From a virus (taxonomy: Duplodnaviria > Caudoviricetes): 27,216 nt of DNA. Location: the IMG/VR virus record IMGVR_UViG_3300005573_000662, positions 1 to 27,216 of that record. One strand, given 5' to 3'. Made by a program: the position numbers and the translations under genes. The notes below the pieces were generated by a model. That model made no database searches. It was not told the origin of the DNA and saw only the letters and a list, made by a program, of their open reading frames with translations. Of this stretch, positions 1 through 9,151 are shown piece by piece (the first letter of the stretch is position 1; each line of letters begins with the position of its first letter).

Positions 1-2
1 GT

Positions 3-572
3 AATACTCAACGTTGCCGTTCCAGTAATATTAGCAACCAAGGAACGCTTGAAGGTGCCATTGCTATTTAGCGCAGTTGATGAACCAGATTCATAAATAT
101 AAACCCCATTTATATTAAGTGTAACAGAACCAGCCGTCCTATTTTTAATCGTTACCTCAACCTGATAAGTTTGCCCATTCGTAACACTAATATTCTGTGT
201 CAAAGCCGCAGTATTTCCAGTTGTATGGTCTGCTTCAAGATTTGTTGTGTCATGAGTCCAGCCAGTGCCCCAAGTCCAAGATGTGTCAGGGACAGTAGAA
301 AAGTTGCCATTTAAAACTAATTCACTCCCAAGTGGTGCTGTTGATTGGAGAGATTTAGTTCTAAACACCACATCAGAGCTTGAAGACGGCACAATGTCAA
401 GCTTTGCTGTTGGTGATGCTGTTCCAATGCCAACATTTCCATTTATATTTAAATTTCCAAAGTTAACTATTCCATTTAATTGTTCAATGCTTGCGGTTGT
501 AATATCATAAGCAAAACAGATAGAAGCAAAACAAAAAAACGCAATTACAAAAATACTAATAAATTTTTTCAT
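3..572 (-). CDS. Tail-fibre or adhesin-like protein with N-terminal signal peptide (partial, runs off the left edge)
   Basis: Not in the ORF track; translated by hand. ATG at 572 directly follows the TAA of 573..980. MKKFISIFVIAFFCFASICFA-YDITT...GNVGIGTASPTAKLDI (fibre repeat motif)...LGSELVLNGNFS...WTWGTGW (carbohydrate-binding-like domain). Open for 190 codons to the edge. Confidence 0.8.
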   Translation of the reverse strand, partial: MKKFISIFVIAFFCFASICFAYDITTASIEQLNGIVNFGNLNINGNVGIGTASPTAKLDIVPSSSSDVVFRTKSLQSTAPLGSELVLNGNFSTVPDTSWTWGTGWTHDTTNLEADHTTGNTAALTQNISVTNGQTYQVEVTIKNRTAGSVTLNINGVYIYESGSSTALNSNGTFKRSLVANITGTATLSI

Positions 573-980
573 TTATACCCCCTTTCTGCAAATAACATAG
601 ACATCATCAACCTGTCCTGTTGTAATTGTAAAAGTTACATACAATTGTGGTGTAGGGAAAGACCAAATATAACCCGTTGTTGACGCTGAAGATAATGTAT
701 AAGTTGTTACGGTTACGTCTTTTGTTGTGTCATCTCCACTTCTTATATGAATATCAGCGGTCATATTAACAGTACCAGATACTTTTATAAACATAATATA
801 ATCTTTACAGTTTGTATCGCCAATCATTACATCAGTATTGCCTGTTGTTGTAATAGCAGAACTAACTAAGTCCCATTGTAAGAAATTACCTGCTTTTGTA
901 GGATTTACATTTCCTGCAAATGCCATTGTTGCTAAAAATAGAACAACCATAATACATACGCCCTGAATTATTTTTTTCAT
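573..980 (-). CDS. Hypothetical beta-rich protein with Sec-type signal peptide
   Basis: AGGAGGAG RBS upstream; MKKIIQGVCIMVVLFLATMAFA ending in an A-x-A cleavage motif; Thr/Ser-rich mature part. Confidence 0.8.
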   Translation of the reverse strand: MKKIIQGVCIMVVLFLATMAFAGNVNPTKAGNFLQWDLVSSAITTTGNTDVMIGDTNCKDYIMFIKVSGTVNMTADIHIRSGDDTTKDVTVTTYTLSSASTTGYIWSFPTPQLYVTFTITTGQVDDVYVICRKGV

Positions 981-1003
981 CTTCTCCTCCTTTAATTTAA
1001 ATA

Positions 1004-4000
1004 TTAATCTGCGCCTTTCATTTCTTTCATTCTTTTAATTTTTTCTTTTCTTTCCCCCTCGCCAAACCAATAATAAGCAGGTTTACCCACAAGGGGAATA
1101 TCTTTAACTGTTTCGTAACCTCTTTGTTTTGCGTTATAACGTTTAATCCCATGTTCGAAATTTTGGTTATAAATTTTATTTAAGTCTCTTGCTACATCAT
1201 AACTTAGCCCCAAGCTCGGCATCGCCTGATTAGCTATTGACCTGACTAACCCCTCTTTCCTTAATAACCATGTATTATATTTACTCATACCACCCAACTT
1301 AAGAATATTATCAACAACCAAATCTGGCAACTCGGTTTTTCTACCTAATATATAATCCTTAGCTTTATCTGTTCCAGCGCCTAAGATTACCAATGAAGAA
1401 CCCAATTTCATTAATCTTTTAAGCCCCTCTGCTACATTACCTTTTTTAATTTCATTGTATATCTGACTTCTATATACATCAAGTAACTTTATCTGGTATG
1501 TTTTTAAAGCATAAAGAGTTTTACCAAAATCTGTAGTCAGATATTTTAATGGTACTTCAAGTTTGCTAATTGGCTGTAAATCGCTTAATTCATTAAACAG
1601 TAAAAACATTACATCGTCTGTTTTTTTGCCTGACTTCAAATCATTAATCAAAGATTTAGCATCTAACCCTAATGGCTTAGCTATCTCTTGAATTTTAACA
1701 GGATTTTTTTGCGCTAATTTTTGAAAATTAGAAAGCGCTGAATTTATAATTGTTTCCTTGCCTAACCTATCTAATGCATTGAAACCACTGTATTTTAAGC
1801 CTTTTTCAAGAACCCATTTAAGCGGAGATTTTGATTCTGTTAACTCATGAGCTATCTCATCAACATATAAATCTTTTGTCGTGATTGCATTACTTATATC
1901 TTTACCAGCAAGTTTATTCCCAATTTTACCAATGGTTGATTTAGTTAACCCTTTAATTACGTCAGGTAATCCATATTTTACAGTGCTTAAAGCTAAATCC
2001 TGAATCTGAGTTATCGCAGGAATTGGGTTTGTTAATGTCGTGCCATAAGTTAAATCTTTAATAAATGAAGTTGAGGGGCTTGTTTTTTTAGGATTTAAAA
2101 CCCCTTTCAATATATCTTTCAACTGTTGCTCCTCATCAGGTGTAAAACGTTTCCCTTGCGCTCTTAGTTGTTGAATTAGAGAACCAATACTCTTTTCATC
2201 GTTAAAGACACCCATAGTTGCTGATTTATCAGCAAAAGTTTTTCCAAATAAATTGTATTTGGCGATAGCGCTGTTCATAGATTGAACATATTGTTTCATG
2301 GATTCATGCAAGGGATAATAATGTTTAGCCATCTCTTTTGAAAGCTCATCATATACTCTTTCTCTTGCAAAAATTGGCTTTGCTAAGTTAATTCTCGCAG
2401 GGTCATAACCTTTTAAAATATTGTTTATAATATTTGCCTTTTCATCACTATTGAGCAATCTGCCTGCTTTAACTTGCATATCATCAATACTTCTTTCAAT
2501 CATATTTTTAACATCTTCGCCTAAGTATTTTTTAAGTCCTTCATAATCTCTAACTCTTGAAGGCAAGTAATTAGCAACTGTGCCAGATTCAAGCCCTGCT
2601 TTTTGCGCTCTATAGAACAAAGCATCAATTGTTTTTTTGCTTTGTTTATATTCATCAAGCATTCCCTTCATTTTAAATATATTTTCTAATTCTCCTAAAT
2701 TTCCATTTCTTGCAAGCATTGTTAAATGTAATTGTTCATTTTCAGGAAGTTTTTGAAACTTCTCATAGAACGGCTTAATTTTATATAAATCGTCATGTGT
2801 GCCTTTGATTTCATCCCATACATATCTACGCATTCTGCCTGCCAATTCTGGAGAAATGTTCCTAAGCCTTGTAGAAATAACACCAACAAAATCATCAATT
2901 TTACTGGCAATATCTTTTTTCATCTCACCAGATGGTTTTATGAATGCATCTTTATTAGAAGGTTTAAATAATTTTTCCCATATATTTTGTGTACCTAAAG
3001 AAGATAATGTTATTTCAGGATTTTGAGGTTGCCTTAAATTAGGTGGTAAAGCTCTTTCTATCCTCATCTTCCTATTAGACATCTGTAAGACATCTGGAGT
3101 TATACCTCTTAGTAAATTAGATAACGTTTCATCTTGCATTAAAGGTTGCCTAATTTGCGGTTGCTGCGCTATTTCAGGTATCATTTTTCTATTAGACATA
3201 CTTAAAGATTCTGGAGTTATCCCTTTTAACAAATTATCAAGCATTTCATCTTGCGTCAAAGGTTGTCTTAAGTTGGGTGGTAACGCCGTTTCTACCTTCA
3301 TCTTTCTATTAGACATTCGTAAGGCATCTGAGGTTATGCCTTTTAATAAATTATCAAGCATTTCATCTTGCATTAAAGGTTGCCTTAAATTAGGCGGTAA
3401 AGCTCTTTCTATATCCATCTTCCTATTAAACATCTGCAAATCATCTGAAGTTATACCTCTTAGTAAATTAGATAATGATTCATCTTCCATTAAAGGTTGT
3501 CTTAAATTTGGTGGCAAAGCTGTTTCTGCATTCATTAATCTTGCCTTGGGCAATCCTGATTCACTTGCTTCATTTATAATATTCTGCATTTGTTTTGGGG
3601 TTATGCCTAATTTTTCTGCTATTTTTAGACCTTCAGGTGTAGTCATAGATTTAATAACATTACCAACAGGCAAAGCCCATAATGCATTTTCAGCAAGATT
3701 TAAAGGTAAATCCATTGAGCGTTCTACATATTCAGGAACGTTCCTCTGCCCAGAAGTCATTCTATATGCTTCCCGCCCAATTTCTCTGGTTGGTTCACTT
3801 ACCAAGCCCCGAATTGCAGCGCTAATAGGAGAAGATATATAACCTAATGCACCTAATCCGCCCATTAAGATATTAGATATGGAAGGCTGATTTACTGCCT
3901 GTTTCATTAAATTAAGATTTCTATTAATTTCTTCTTGATAATATTTAGGTATATTTGCGATATGTTTTAATGGATTAAATATATCTGGAGTTGTTGCTTC

Positions 4001-4912
4001 TTTAGCAACAGTTGTTTTTTCTTCAGAAGCATTATAGTTTGGCAATACTCTACTTAGAAATTCATCAATAATATTTTTCTCTGGTGTTCGCTCTTGTATT
4101 TGCATTTGTTTCAATTTGTTTAATATGCCTGTTTTTTCTTGTGTTCCTTCTTCATTTATCTGAATATCTTTTTTTTTAAGAAAAGGATTATCCTTATTAA
4201 CTTCATTCTGCTCGAAAGGGATAACACTTTTATAACGGTCAACAACATTTTGTATCGCTCTATCTCTTATGTCCAGCAACTTCATCATTGCTTCATCATC
4301 ACCTAAATATTTGGCTTGCTCTTTAAGATATTGCTGATTAATATCGGCAATCTCATTATTGTACTTTTCAACAGTTTTTCTATACTCCTCTTGCTTGTTC
4401 TTTTGTTCTAAATAATCCTCTCTTTCAGATGGTTTAACAGGCACTTTAATTATATTGCCTTCTTCATCAATCATCTGACCATAACCAAAATCACGATAAT
4501 TTTTCTTTTTAAGCTGTTTATATTTAATAGCCATTTCAGGGTCTTGCATAAATAAAGACAACATTACATCTTCATCGCTTAGTTGTTTCTTTTCTTCTTT
4601 AGGTTGAAACATTTCAGGATATAATTTTTGTAAATCTGCGTTTGTCCAAACATGTCCTGAGCGATTCATTTCTTGCAATTCAGGAGTCCTTTCAGATGCG
4701 CCAAAAGCATATGCGGAAGGTTCTCCAGCAAGTAAACTTGATAAGACTTCGGCTGGTTTCTTTTTCTTTTTTGTTTCTGCTAAATCGGCAGCGCTTTGAG
4801 CTTTGGCTAAACTCAAGGCAAGATTGGCAATTTCTTTTTTCTTTAAATCATCTTCATCAAGATAATTGCTAAGGTCATCGTAATAATCTTCGAAATAATT
4901 ACTTATAGCCAT
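1004..4912 (-). CDS. Large internal virion / DNA ejection protein
   Basis: 1302 aa, largely helical, located after the tail genes where podoviruses encode their largest ejection protein. Has internal 39-aa repeats. Function inferred from size and position. Confidence 0.7.
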   Translation of the reverse strand: MAISNYFEDYYDDLSNYLDEDDLKKKEIANLALSLAKAQSAADLAETKKKKKPAEVLSSLLAGEPSAYAFGASERTPELQEMNRSGHVWTNADLQKLYPEMFQPKEEKKQLSDEDVMLSLFMQDPEMAIKYKQLKKKNYRDFGYGQMIDEEGNIIKVPVKPSEREDYLEQKNKQEEYRKTVEKYNNEIADINQQYLKEQAKYLGDDEAMMKLLDIRDRAIQNVVDRYKSVIPFEQNEVNKDNPFLKKKDIQINEEGTQEKTGILNKLKQMQIQERTPEKNIIDEFLSRVLPNYNASEEKTTVAKEATTPDIFNPLKHIANIPKYYQEEINRNLNLMKQAVNQPSISNILMGGLGALGYISSPISAAIRGLVSEPTREIGREAYRMTSGQRNVPEYVERSMDLPLNLAENALWALPVGNVIKSMTTPEGLKIAEKLGITPKQMQNIINEASESGLPKARLMNAETALPPNLRQPLMEDESLSNLLRGITSDDLQMFNRKMDIERALPPNLRQPLMQDEMLDNLLKGITSDALRMSNRKMKVETALPPNLRQPLTQDEMLDNLLKGITPESLSMSNRKMIPEIAQQPQIRQPLMQDETLSNLLRGITPDVLQMSNRKMRIERALPPNLRQPQNPEITLSSLGTQNIWEKLFKPSNKDAFIKPSGEMKKDIASKIDDFVGVISTRLRNISPELAGRMRRYVWDEIKGTHDDLYKIKPFYEKFQKLPENEQLHLTMLARNGNLGELENIFKMKGMLDEYKQSKKTIDALFYRAQKAGLESGTVANYLPSRVRDYEGLKKYLGEDVKNMIERSIDDMQVKAGRLLNSDEKANIINNILKGYDPARINLAKPIFARERVYDELSKEMAKHYYPLHESMKQYVQSMNSAIAKYNLFGKTFADKSATMGVFNDEKSIGSLIQQLRAQGKRFTPDEEQQLKDILKGVLNPKKTSPSTSFIKDLTYGTTLTNPIPAITQIQDLALSTVKYGLPDVIKGLTKSTIGKIGNKLAGKDISNAITTKDLYVDEIAHELTESKSPLKWVLEKGLKYSGFNALDRLGKETIINSALSNFQKLAQKNPVKIQEIAKPLGLDAKSLINDLKSGKKTDDVMFLLFNELSDLQPISKLEVPLKYLTTDFGKTLYALKTYQIKLLDVYRSQIYNEIKKGNVAEGLKRLMKLGSSLVILGAGTDKAKDYILGRKTELPDLVVDNILKLGGMSKYNTWLLRKEGLVRSIANQAMPSLGLSYDVARDLNKIYNQNFEHGIKRYNAKQRGYETVKDIPLVGKPAYYWFGEGERKEKIKRMKEMKGAD
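3027..3527 (-). repeat. Intragenic tandem repeat, 117 bp (39 aa) x about 4.3
   Basis: Units of ETALPPNLRQPLMxDExLxNLLxGITxDxLxMxNRKMxI in the 1302-aa protein. Confidence 0.92.
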
Positions 4913-5142
4913 AATTTGCCACCACCTCTCATTGACTGTAATAAATCTCTTAAGGCAAAATCACCTCCCATATAACGTTGATAAAGATTTAACATTTCAG
5001 GGGTGGGTCTTGTTCTTGCCTGTGGAGGAGTAATCGGTCTTGTATATAAAAGTTGCCCGCTCAATAAATTTGATAAACTTGGTTGCGCATTAACGTTATT
5101 TGGTAAGTACATATTTTTATTTAAATAAAATCCTCCAAACAT
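4903..5142 (-). CDS. Small hypothetical protein, probably internal virion
   Basis: AGGAGG RBS; overlaps the start of the next gene; shares a C-terminal motif with 5155..5634. Confidence 0.7.
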   Translation of the reverse strand: MFGGFYLNKNMYLPNNVNAQPSLSNLLSGQLLYTRPITPPQARTRPTPEMLNLYQRYMGGDFALRDLLQSMRGGGKLWL

Positions 5143-5154
5143 ATTAACCCTCCT

Positions 5155-5634
5155 TTATAACCATCTGTTATAGTTAGAACGCATTGAACGCAATAAATCG
5201 CTTAAACTATATCCTCCTTTTAAAAACTGAGAATAATTTTCAATAAAAGTATCAGGGGTATCCATTGGTAAACCCCTTGATTTTTTTACTTTTTGTAAAT
5301 ATTTCCCTGTCGTATAAATATCTGCCAAATCTCCAATACTTTCTTCAGGCGGTCTTTCGCCTGTAGCAAATCTAATATTTTCAGCCGTGCCTTTTAATTT
5401 ATCCGATAATGATTCACTAAGTTCTTGCATTGCTTCTTCGCTTCTATCTACGCCTGTTGGTCTGAACCAATCCTGAAACCTCATCGTTCTTGCAGTCTCC
5501 GTACCAGACCATGAAGGGTCTGCATAAGGGATTCCTGTTGTATGACCATATTTATATATATCAGATAATCTTCTTTTTGCTTGCCTATCTAAATATTTTT
5601 TAGCCTCTTGAATATATTTTCTTTCAATATCCAT
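5155..5634 (-). CDS. Hypothetical protein, probably internal virion
   Basis: 159-aa ORF with AAAGGA RBS, in the ejection-protein block. Confidence 0.75.
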   Translation of the reverse strand: MDIERKYIQEAKKYLDRQAKRRLSDIYKYGHTTGIPYADPSWSGTETARTMRFQDWFRPTGVDRSEEAMQELSESLSDKLKGTAENIRFATGERPPEESIGDLADIYTTGKYLQKVKKSRGLPMDTPDTFIENYSQFLKGGYSLSDLLRSMRSNYNRWL

Positions 5635-5654
5635 AATATATCCTTTCTATATCC

Positions 5655-7202
5655 TTAGTAATTCCATGATGCTTTATAACCGCCTCCCCCTCCCTTAAAA
5701 GATGGCGGATTATAATAAAGATTCTTATTTGCATTAGGCATAAATGGATTTAAATAATACTTGTATCTATCATAATATTCCCTATATCTATTTTTGAAAT
5801 CCTCTAAATTTTGCCAGTTCTGCATTTTTGTATTGTTTTGTAAATCATTCAAATATTGATACTTATCCCATTGACTTTCTTTATTGCCTTGCTCTAATTG
5901 GGATTGGTACTTATAATAATCCTGTAATGATGGAAACAATGAAGCAAGGGATTGCATTAAAGCATTCTGATTAGCATATTGAGCTTTACCACTCTCAAGC
6001 GCTCTTGCCATTGCATCGCTATAATTAGTTGAAGCTAACTTAGCATTTTCAAGCGCTCTTGCCATTGCATCACTGAAGTTGCTTGAACCTAACTTAGCAT
6101 TTTCAAGCGCTCTTGCCATTGCGTCGCTATAATTGCTTGAACCTAACTTAGCATTTTCAAGCGCTCTTGCCATTGCGTCGCTATAATTGCTTGAACCTAA
6201 CTTAGCATTTTCAAGCGCTCTTGCCATTGCGTCGCTATAATTGCTTGAACCTAACTTAGCATTTTCAAGCGCTCTTGCCATTGCGTCGCTATAATTGCTT
6301 GAACCTAATCTTGTATTTTCTAATTCTCTGCCTTTTGCTCCTTCAAAAGCGCTTAATGCTGTATTACCAATATATTCATTTAATGCCATTTGATTTTTAG
6401 CATTTTCTAATTCTCTACTCTTTGCATTTTCGAAAAAACCACCTCTTAATTGTTCTGTACTTAAGGCATCTTCAATTGCTTTTCTTTCAACATCAAGCGC
6501 AATTTGCCTATAAGCATCTGATTGCTGCTTGGCTAATTCATTTTTAAGTTGATTTAATTGAGCGATATTAGCTCCTGAACGTAATCCACCTCTGCTTGCT
6601 AACTCGTCCATAAGGCTTTGTTCTGCAGCTAAATTAGCACCTGATATTCTATCTTTTGCAAGTCCCATCGCAATTGAAGCATCGGGATTTCTTAGGTTAC
6701 TTAAAGCTCTATTAGCTACTTCATTAAGTAATTCTGATGAATATTGTCCTAACCCAGCGCCTTGAAGCACAGAGCTTAACCTATCTAATCCGAGCTGGCT
6801 TACATCAAACATTCCCAACCCAGCATCCCCCACATCGTACATTCCTAAACCAGCTTTCCCTATATCGTACATTCCTAAACCAGCATTCCCTATATCATAT
6901 GCTCCCAACCCAGCATTCCCTATATCATATGCTCCTAATCCAGCATTCCCTATATCAAACATTCCCAAACCTAAATTGCCAATATTATTAGCTCCAGCTA
7001 TAGATTTAAGAGTGTCAATCATATTTTCGTAATCAGTTTTGAATTTAGAAAGATAATTAGGAGCTGACTTTGCAGCTAAATCATACATTGTGTTATAAAA
7101 TGGATTAGTTAATTGCGGCGGAGCTGACGGTTGCGATGTATTAAATACATTCCCATAACGTGGGTCATTTATTATAACTGGGGTTGTTCTTAATCCTGGC
7201 AT
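5655..7202 (-). CDS. DNA ejection / pilot-like protein with two repeat arrays
   Basis: 515 aa, Ala/Gly/Asn/Gln-rich and helical; 'LASRGGLRSGA' segment of the kind seen in podovirus ejection proteins; AGGAGG RBS. Confidence 0.7.
   Translation of the reverse strand: MPGLRTTPVIINDPRYGNVFNTSQPSAPPQLTNPFYNTMYDLAAKSAPNYLSKFKTDYENMIDTLKSIAGANNIGNLGLGMFDIGNAGLGAYDIGNAGLGAYDIGNAGLGMYDIGKAGLGMYDVGDAGLGMFDVSQLGLDRLSSVLQGAGLGQYSSELLNEVANRALSNLRNPDASIAMGLAKDRISGANLAAEQSLMDELASRGGLRSGANIAQLNQLKNELAKQQSDAYRQIALDVERKAIEDALSTEQLRGGFFENAKSRELENAKNQMALNEYIGNTALSAFEGAKGRELENTRLGSSNYSDAMARALENAKLGSSNYSDAMARALENAKLGSSNYSDAMARALENAKLGSSNYSDAMARALENAKLGSSNFSDAMARALENAKLASTNYSDAMARALESGKAQYANQNALMQSLASLFPSLQDYYKYQSQLEQGNKESQWDKYQYLNDLQNNTKMQNWQNLEDFKNRYREYYDRYKYYLNPFMPNANKNLYYNPPSFKGGGGGYKASWNY
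5996..6329 (-). repeat. Intragenic tandem repeat, 54 bp (18 aa) x 6
   Basis: RALENAKLGSSNYSDAMA units; central copies are identical at DNA level. Confidence 0.95.
6788..6975 (-). repeat. Intragenic tandem repeat, 30 bp (10 aa) x 6
   Basis: GLGMFDIGNA, GLGAYDIGNA x2, GLGMYDIGKA, GLGMYDVGDA, GLGMFDVSQL. Confidence 0.92.
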
Positions 7203-7215
7203 TTTAAGCCTCCTT

Positions 7216-7491
7216 TTATTTTGATTTATAAACTTGTATTGTTACAGTCCCTGCGCCATTTGATTGCAAATACATATATCTATCATCAGAATTTGTTCGC
7301 CATATCCTAATATCGCTATCCCTATCAACAACTCTGAATCTATCAGCATAGAAACCAACATCAGCTTTCTGCTCTTCAGCTCCAGAAAATGTAATTGTTA
7401 TTTCTTTATCATTTTTGGACTGATGAGAAATGATTTCATCGATTTGCATTTCTATTTTGCTGTCTTCAAATGTTGCAACTTTATTAATCAT
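7216..7491 (-). CDS. Small hypothetical tail-associated protein
   Basis: 91 aa; ATGA overlap with the upstream gene; short N-terminal helix followed by beta strands. Confidence 0.75.
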   Translation of the reverse strand: MINKVATFEDSKIEMQIDEIISHQSKNDKEITITFSGAEEQKADVGFYADRFRVVDRDSDIRIWRTNSDDRYMYLQSNGAGTVTIQVYKSK

Positions 7492-8624
7492 CTTATCTCC
7501 CTTGACATTGCTTTTACTCTCATTTCACCTAACCAAAAATCTTTACCTTCAGAATTTGTTATTTTAAAACAAATATATTTGCCCCTTATGTCTCTCGATA
7601 AACATATTCTAATTATATTTAAAGTGGTATTATCTGCATTGGTAACAGGTATTGTGAATGTTTTTTCACCATTTTCTGTATAGACAGTTAATGTTAAATC
7701 GCCTTCGCTTTTGACCTCTGCAAAAAAGGCTCTTAGTTTCTTAATTGCTTCAGAATCTTGCGCTTGATTTTCTCTTGTTTCTATCTTGACTTCATCAAAT
7801 CTTCCAAAATTCAAATAACCTGTTTTGATAACTGAAGATATATTAGTGCCATCAAAACTATTACCATCAATTAAGCTAATTTGCCCCATGTCTCGTCTTG
7901 CGGTTAAAATTTTATTATTTGTAGGTAAATATATTCCATTTGTAAATGGAGCATTGTCTTGGTATGTCCAATAGTTAGTATTAACATTATAAAGAAATGC
8001 TCTGTTATTATAAGCTACATTAATATTGTATTGAGCATCTGTTTGCGTTGCTGTTTCTGTGACAGATGAGATTAAATCAGATGTTTCATAAATTTTTGCT
8101 TTCACTATATTTTCTGTAGTAGATGATATATAATCAGTTGCTGTTTTTGTGTCTGGCAAGATATATTTAACTGTAACTGTTACATAATCAATATAAGTAT
8201 TGGAATAGGGAGTAACTGTATAAAAAATACAATTAAAGTTAGCAGAATTTATATCAGATACTGTTACAGAACTATAAAATGGGAATTCTATTGTGGAATA
8301 ATTTTGTTCAGTAGTTCCAACACCTATTGTTTGGGGATTACAAAGATAAGTTAAATTATTAAGTAACAGACACCCTATATTAGTCGCACTTGCGGCATAA
8401 CCTTCAATAGTTATTATTGCATGATAAGTATTATCTGCAAATTTTATTGCATCTGTTGGGATTGAAAAATTAAACCCTGAACAATATAAATAATCTGAAG
8501 CAGATGCTGGGCTAACAGCATAAGCATTATTAGATGTTAATACATTTGTAGGATTAGTCCAATCAGAATAACCTCTATCGTAATTACTCGCTGAAGTTGG
8601 AGCTTTTGTTACACTTATAGCCAT
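7488..8624 (-). CDS. Tail protein: N-terminal beta-sandwich domain fused to a nozzle-like C-terminal half
   Basis: The C-terminal ~180 aa (NNRAFLYNVNTNYWTY...ISSVIKTGYLNFG...KKLRAFF...RGKYICFKIT) resemble the end of P22 gp10/T7 gp12-like nozzles. The N-terminal part is Ser/Thr/Tyr-rich. Confidence 0.65.
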   Translation of the reverse strand: MAISVTKAPTSASNYDRGYSDWTNPTNVLTSNNAYAVSPASASDYLYCSGFNFSIPTDAIKFADNTYHAIITIEGYAASATNIGCLLLNNLTYLCNPQTIGVGTTEQNYSTIEFPFYSSVTVSDINSANFNCIFYTVTPYSNTYIDYVTVTVKYILPDTKTATDYISSTTENIVKAKIYETSDLISSVTETATQTDAQYNINVAYNNRAFLYNVNTNYWTYQDNAPFTNGIYLPTNNKILTARRDMGQISLIDGNSFDGTNISSVIKTGYLNFGRFDEVKIETRENQAQDSEAIKKLRAFFAEVKSEGDLTLTVYTENGEKTFTIPVTNADNTTLNIIRICLSRDIRGKYICFKITNSEGKDFWLGEMRVKAMSREIR

Positions 8625-8633
8625 TTATTTTTT

Positions 8634-9140
8634 TTATGCCTTCCCTAATGTTACTTCGTAATCCCAAACATCACTACTTGTTTTAGTATCTCCTGATAAA
8701 ACAACTCTATTCCAACAGACTGAGGAAGCATTATTTTTTACAACTAATTCATAATGTTGATAATTAGCGTCACCTGTTCCAAATCTTCCCTTATATGTTA
8801 TTGTGCCACTTGATGGCGTTGTAGGATAACCACTTGTTATTGTTACATAAGTTTTTGAAATTCCTAATAAATCTGTCTGACTTGCATCTGCAGCAGTAGA
8901 ACTATTACCAACTCCAATTCTTGTATTTGTAGAATCAAAATGATTACTTGAATAACCAGCAATTAAACTTAATATTTCATTCCAACCTGTAGTAAGCCAA
9001 ATGTTATCTTTTTCTTCAACATCATATGGTTTAACTTCAGCTTTGTCAATTAATTTGACAAAAGTTTCCTCATCCATCCCCTTAGGTATTCTGTATTTTT
9101 TAACAGTTACCTTACCTCTTACTTTCGCAAAATCTTCCAT
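8634..9140 (-). CDS. Tail-fibre-associated structural protein
   Basis: NIWLTTG...IGVGNSSTAADASQTDL...F.TGDAN...E pattern typical of fibre-attachment domains; AGGAGGT RBS. Confidence 0.65.
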   Translation of the reverse strand: MEDFAKVRGKVTVKKYRIPKGMDEETFVKLIDKAEVKPYDVEEKDNIWLTTGWNEILSLIAGYSSNHFDSTNTRIGVGNSSTAADASQTDLLGISKTYVTITSGYPTTPSSGTITYKGRFGTGDANYQHYELVVKNNASSVCWNRVVLSGDTKTSSDVWDYEVTLGKA

Positions 9141-9151
9141 GTTACCTCCTT

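Noticed and set aside
5996-6329. 54-bp repeats as a CRISPR array
   Set aside because: Head-to-tail with no unique spacers, and in frame inside a CDS.
8625-8636. Readthrough or frameshift fusion of 8634..9140 with 7488..8624 across an A-tract
   Set aside because: The genes are in the same frame but separated by two TAA codons, and no stimulatory structure is visible.
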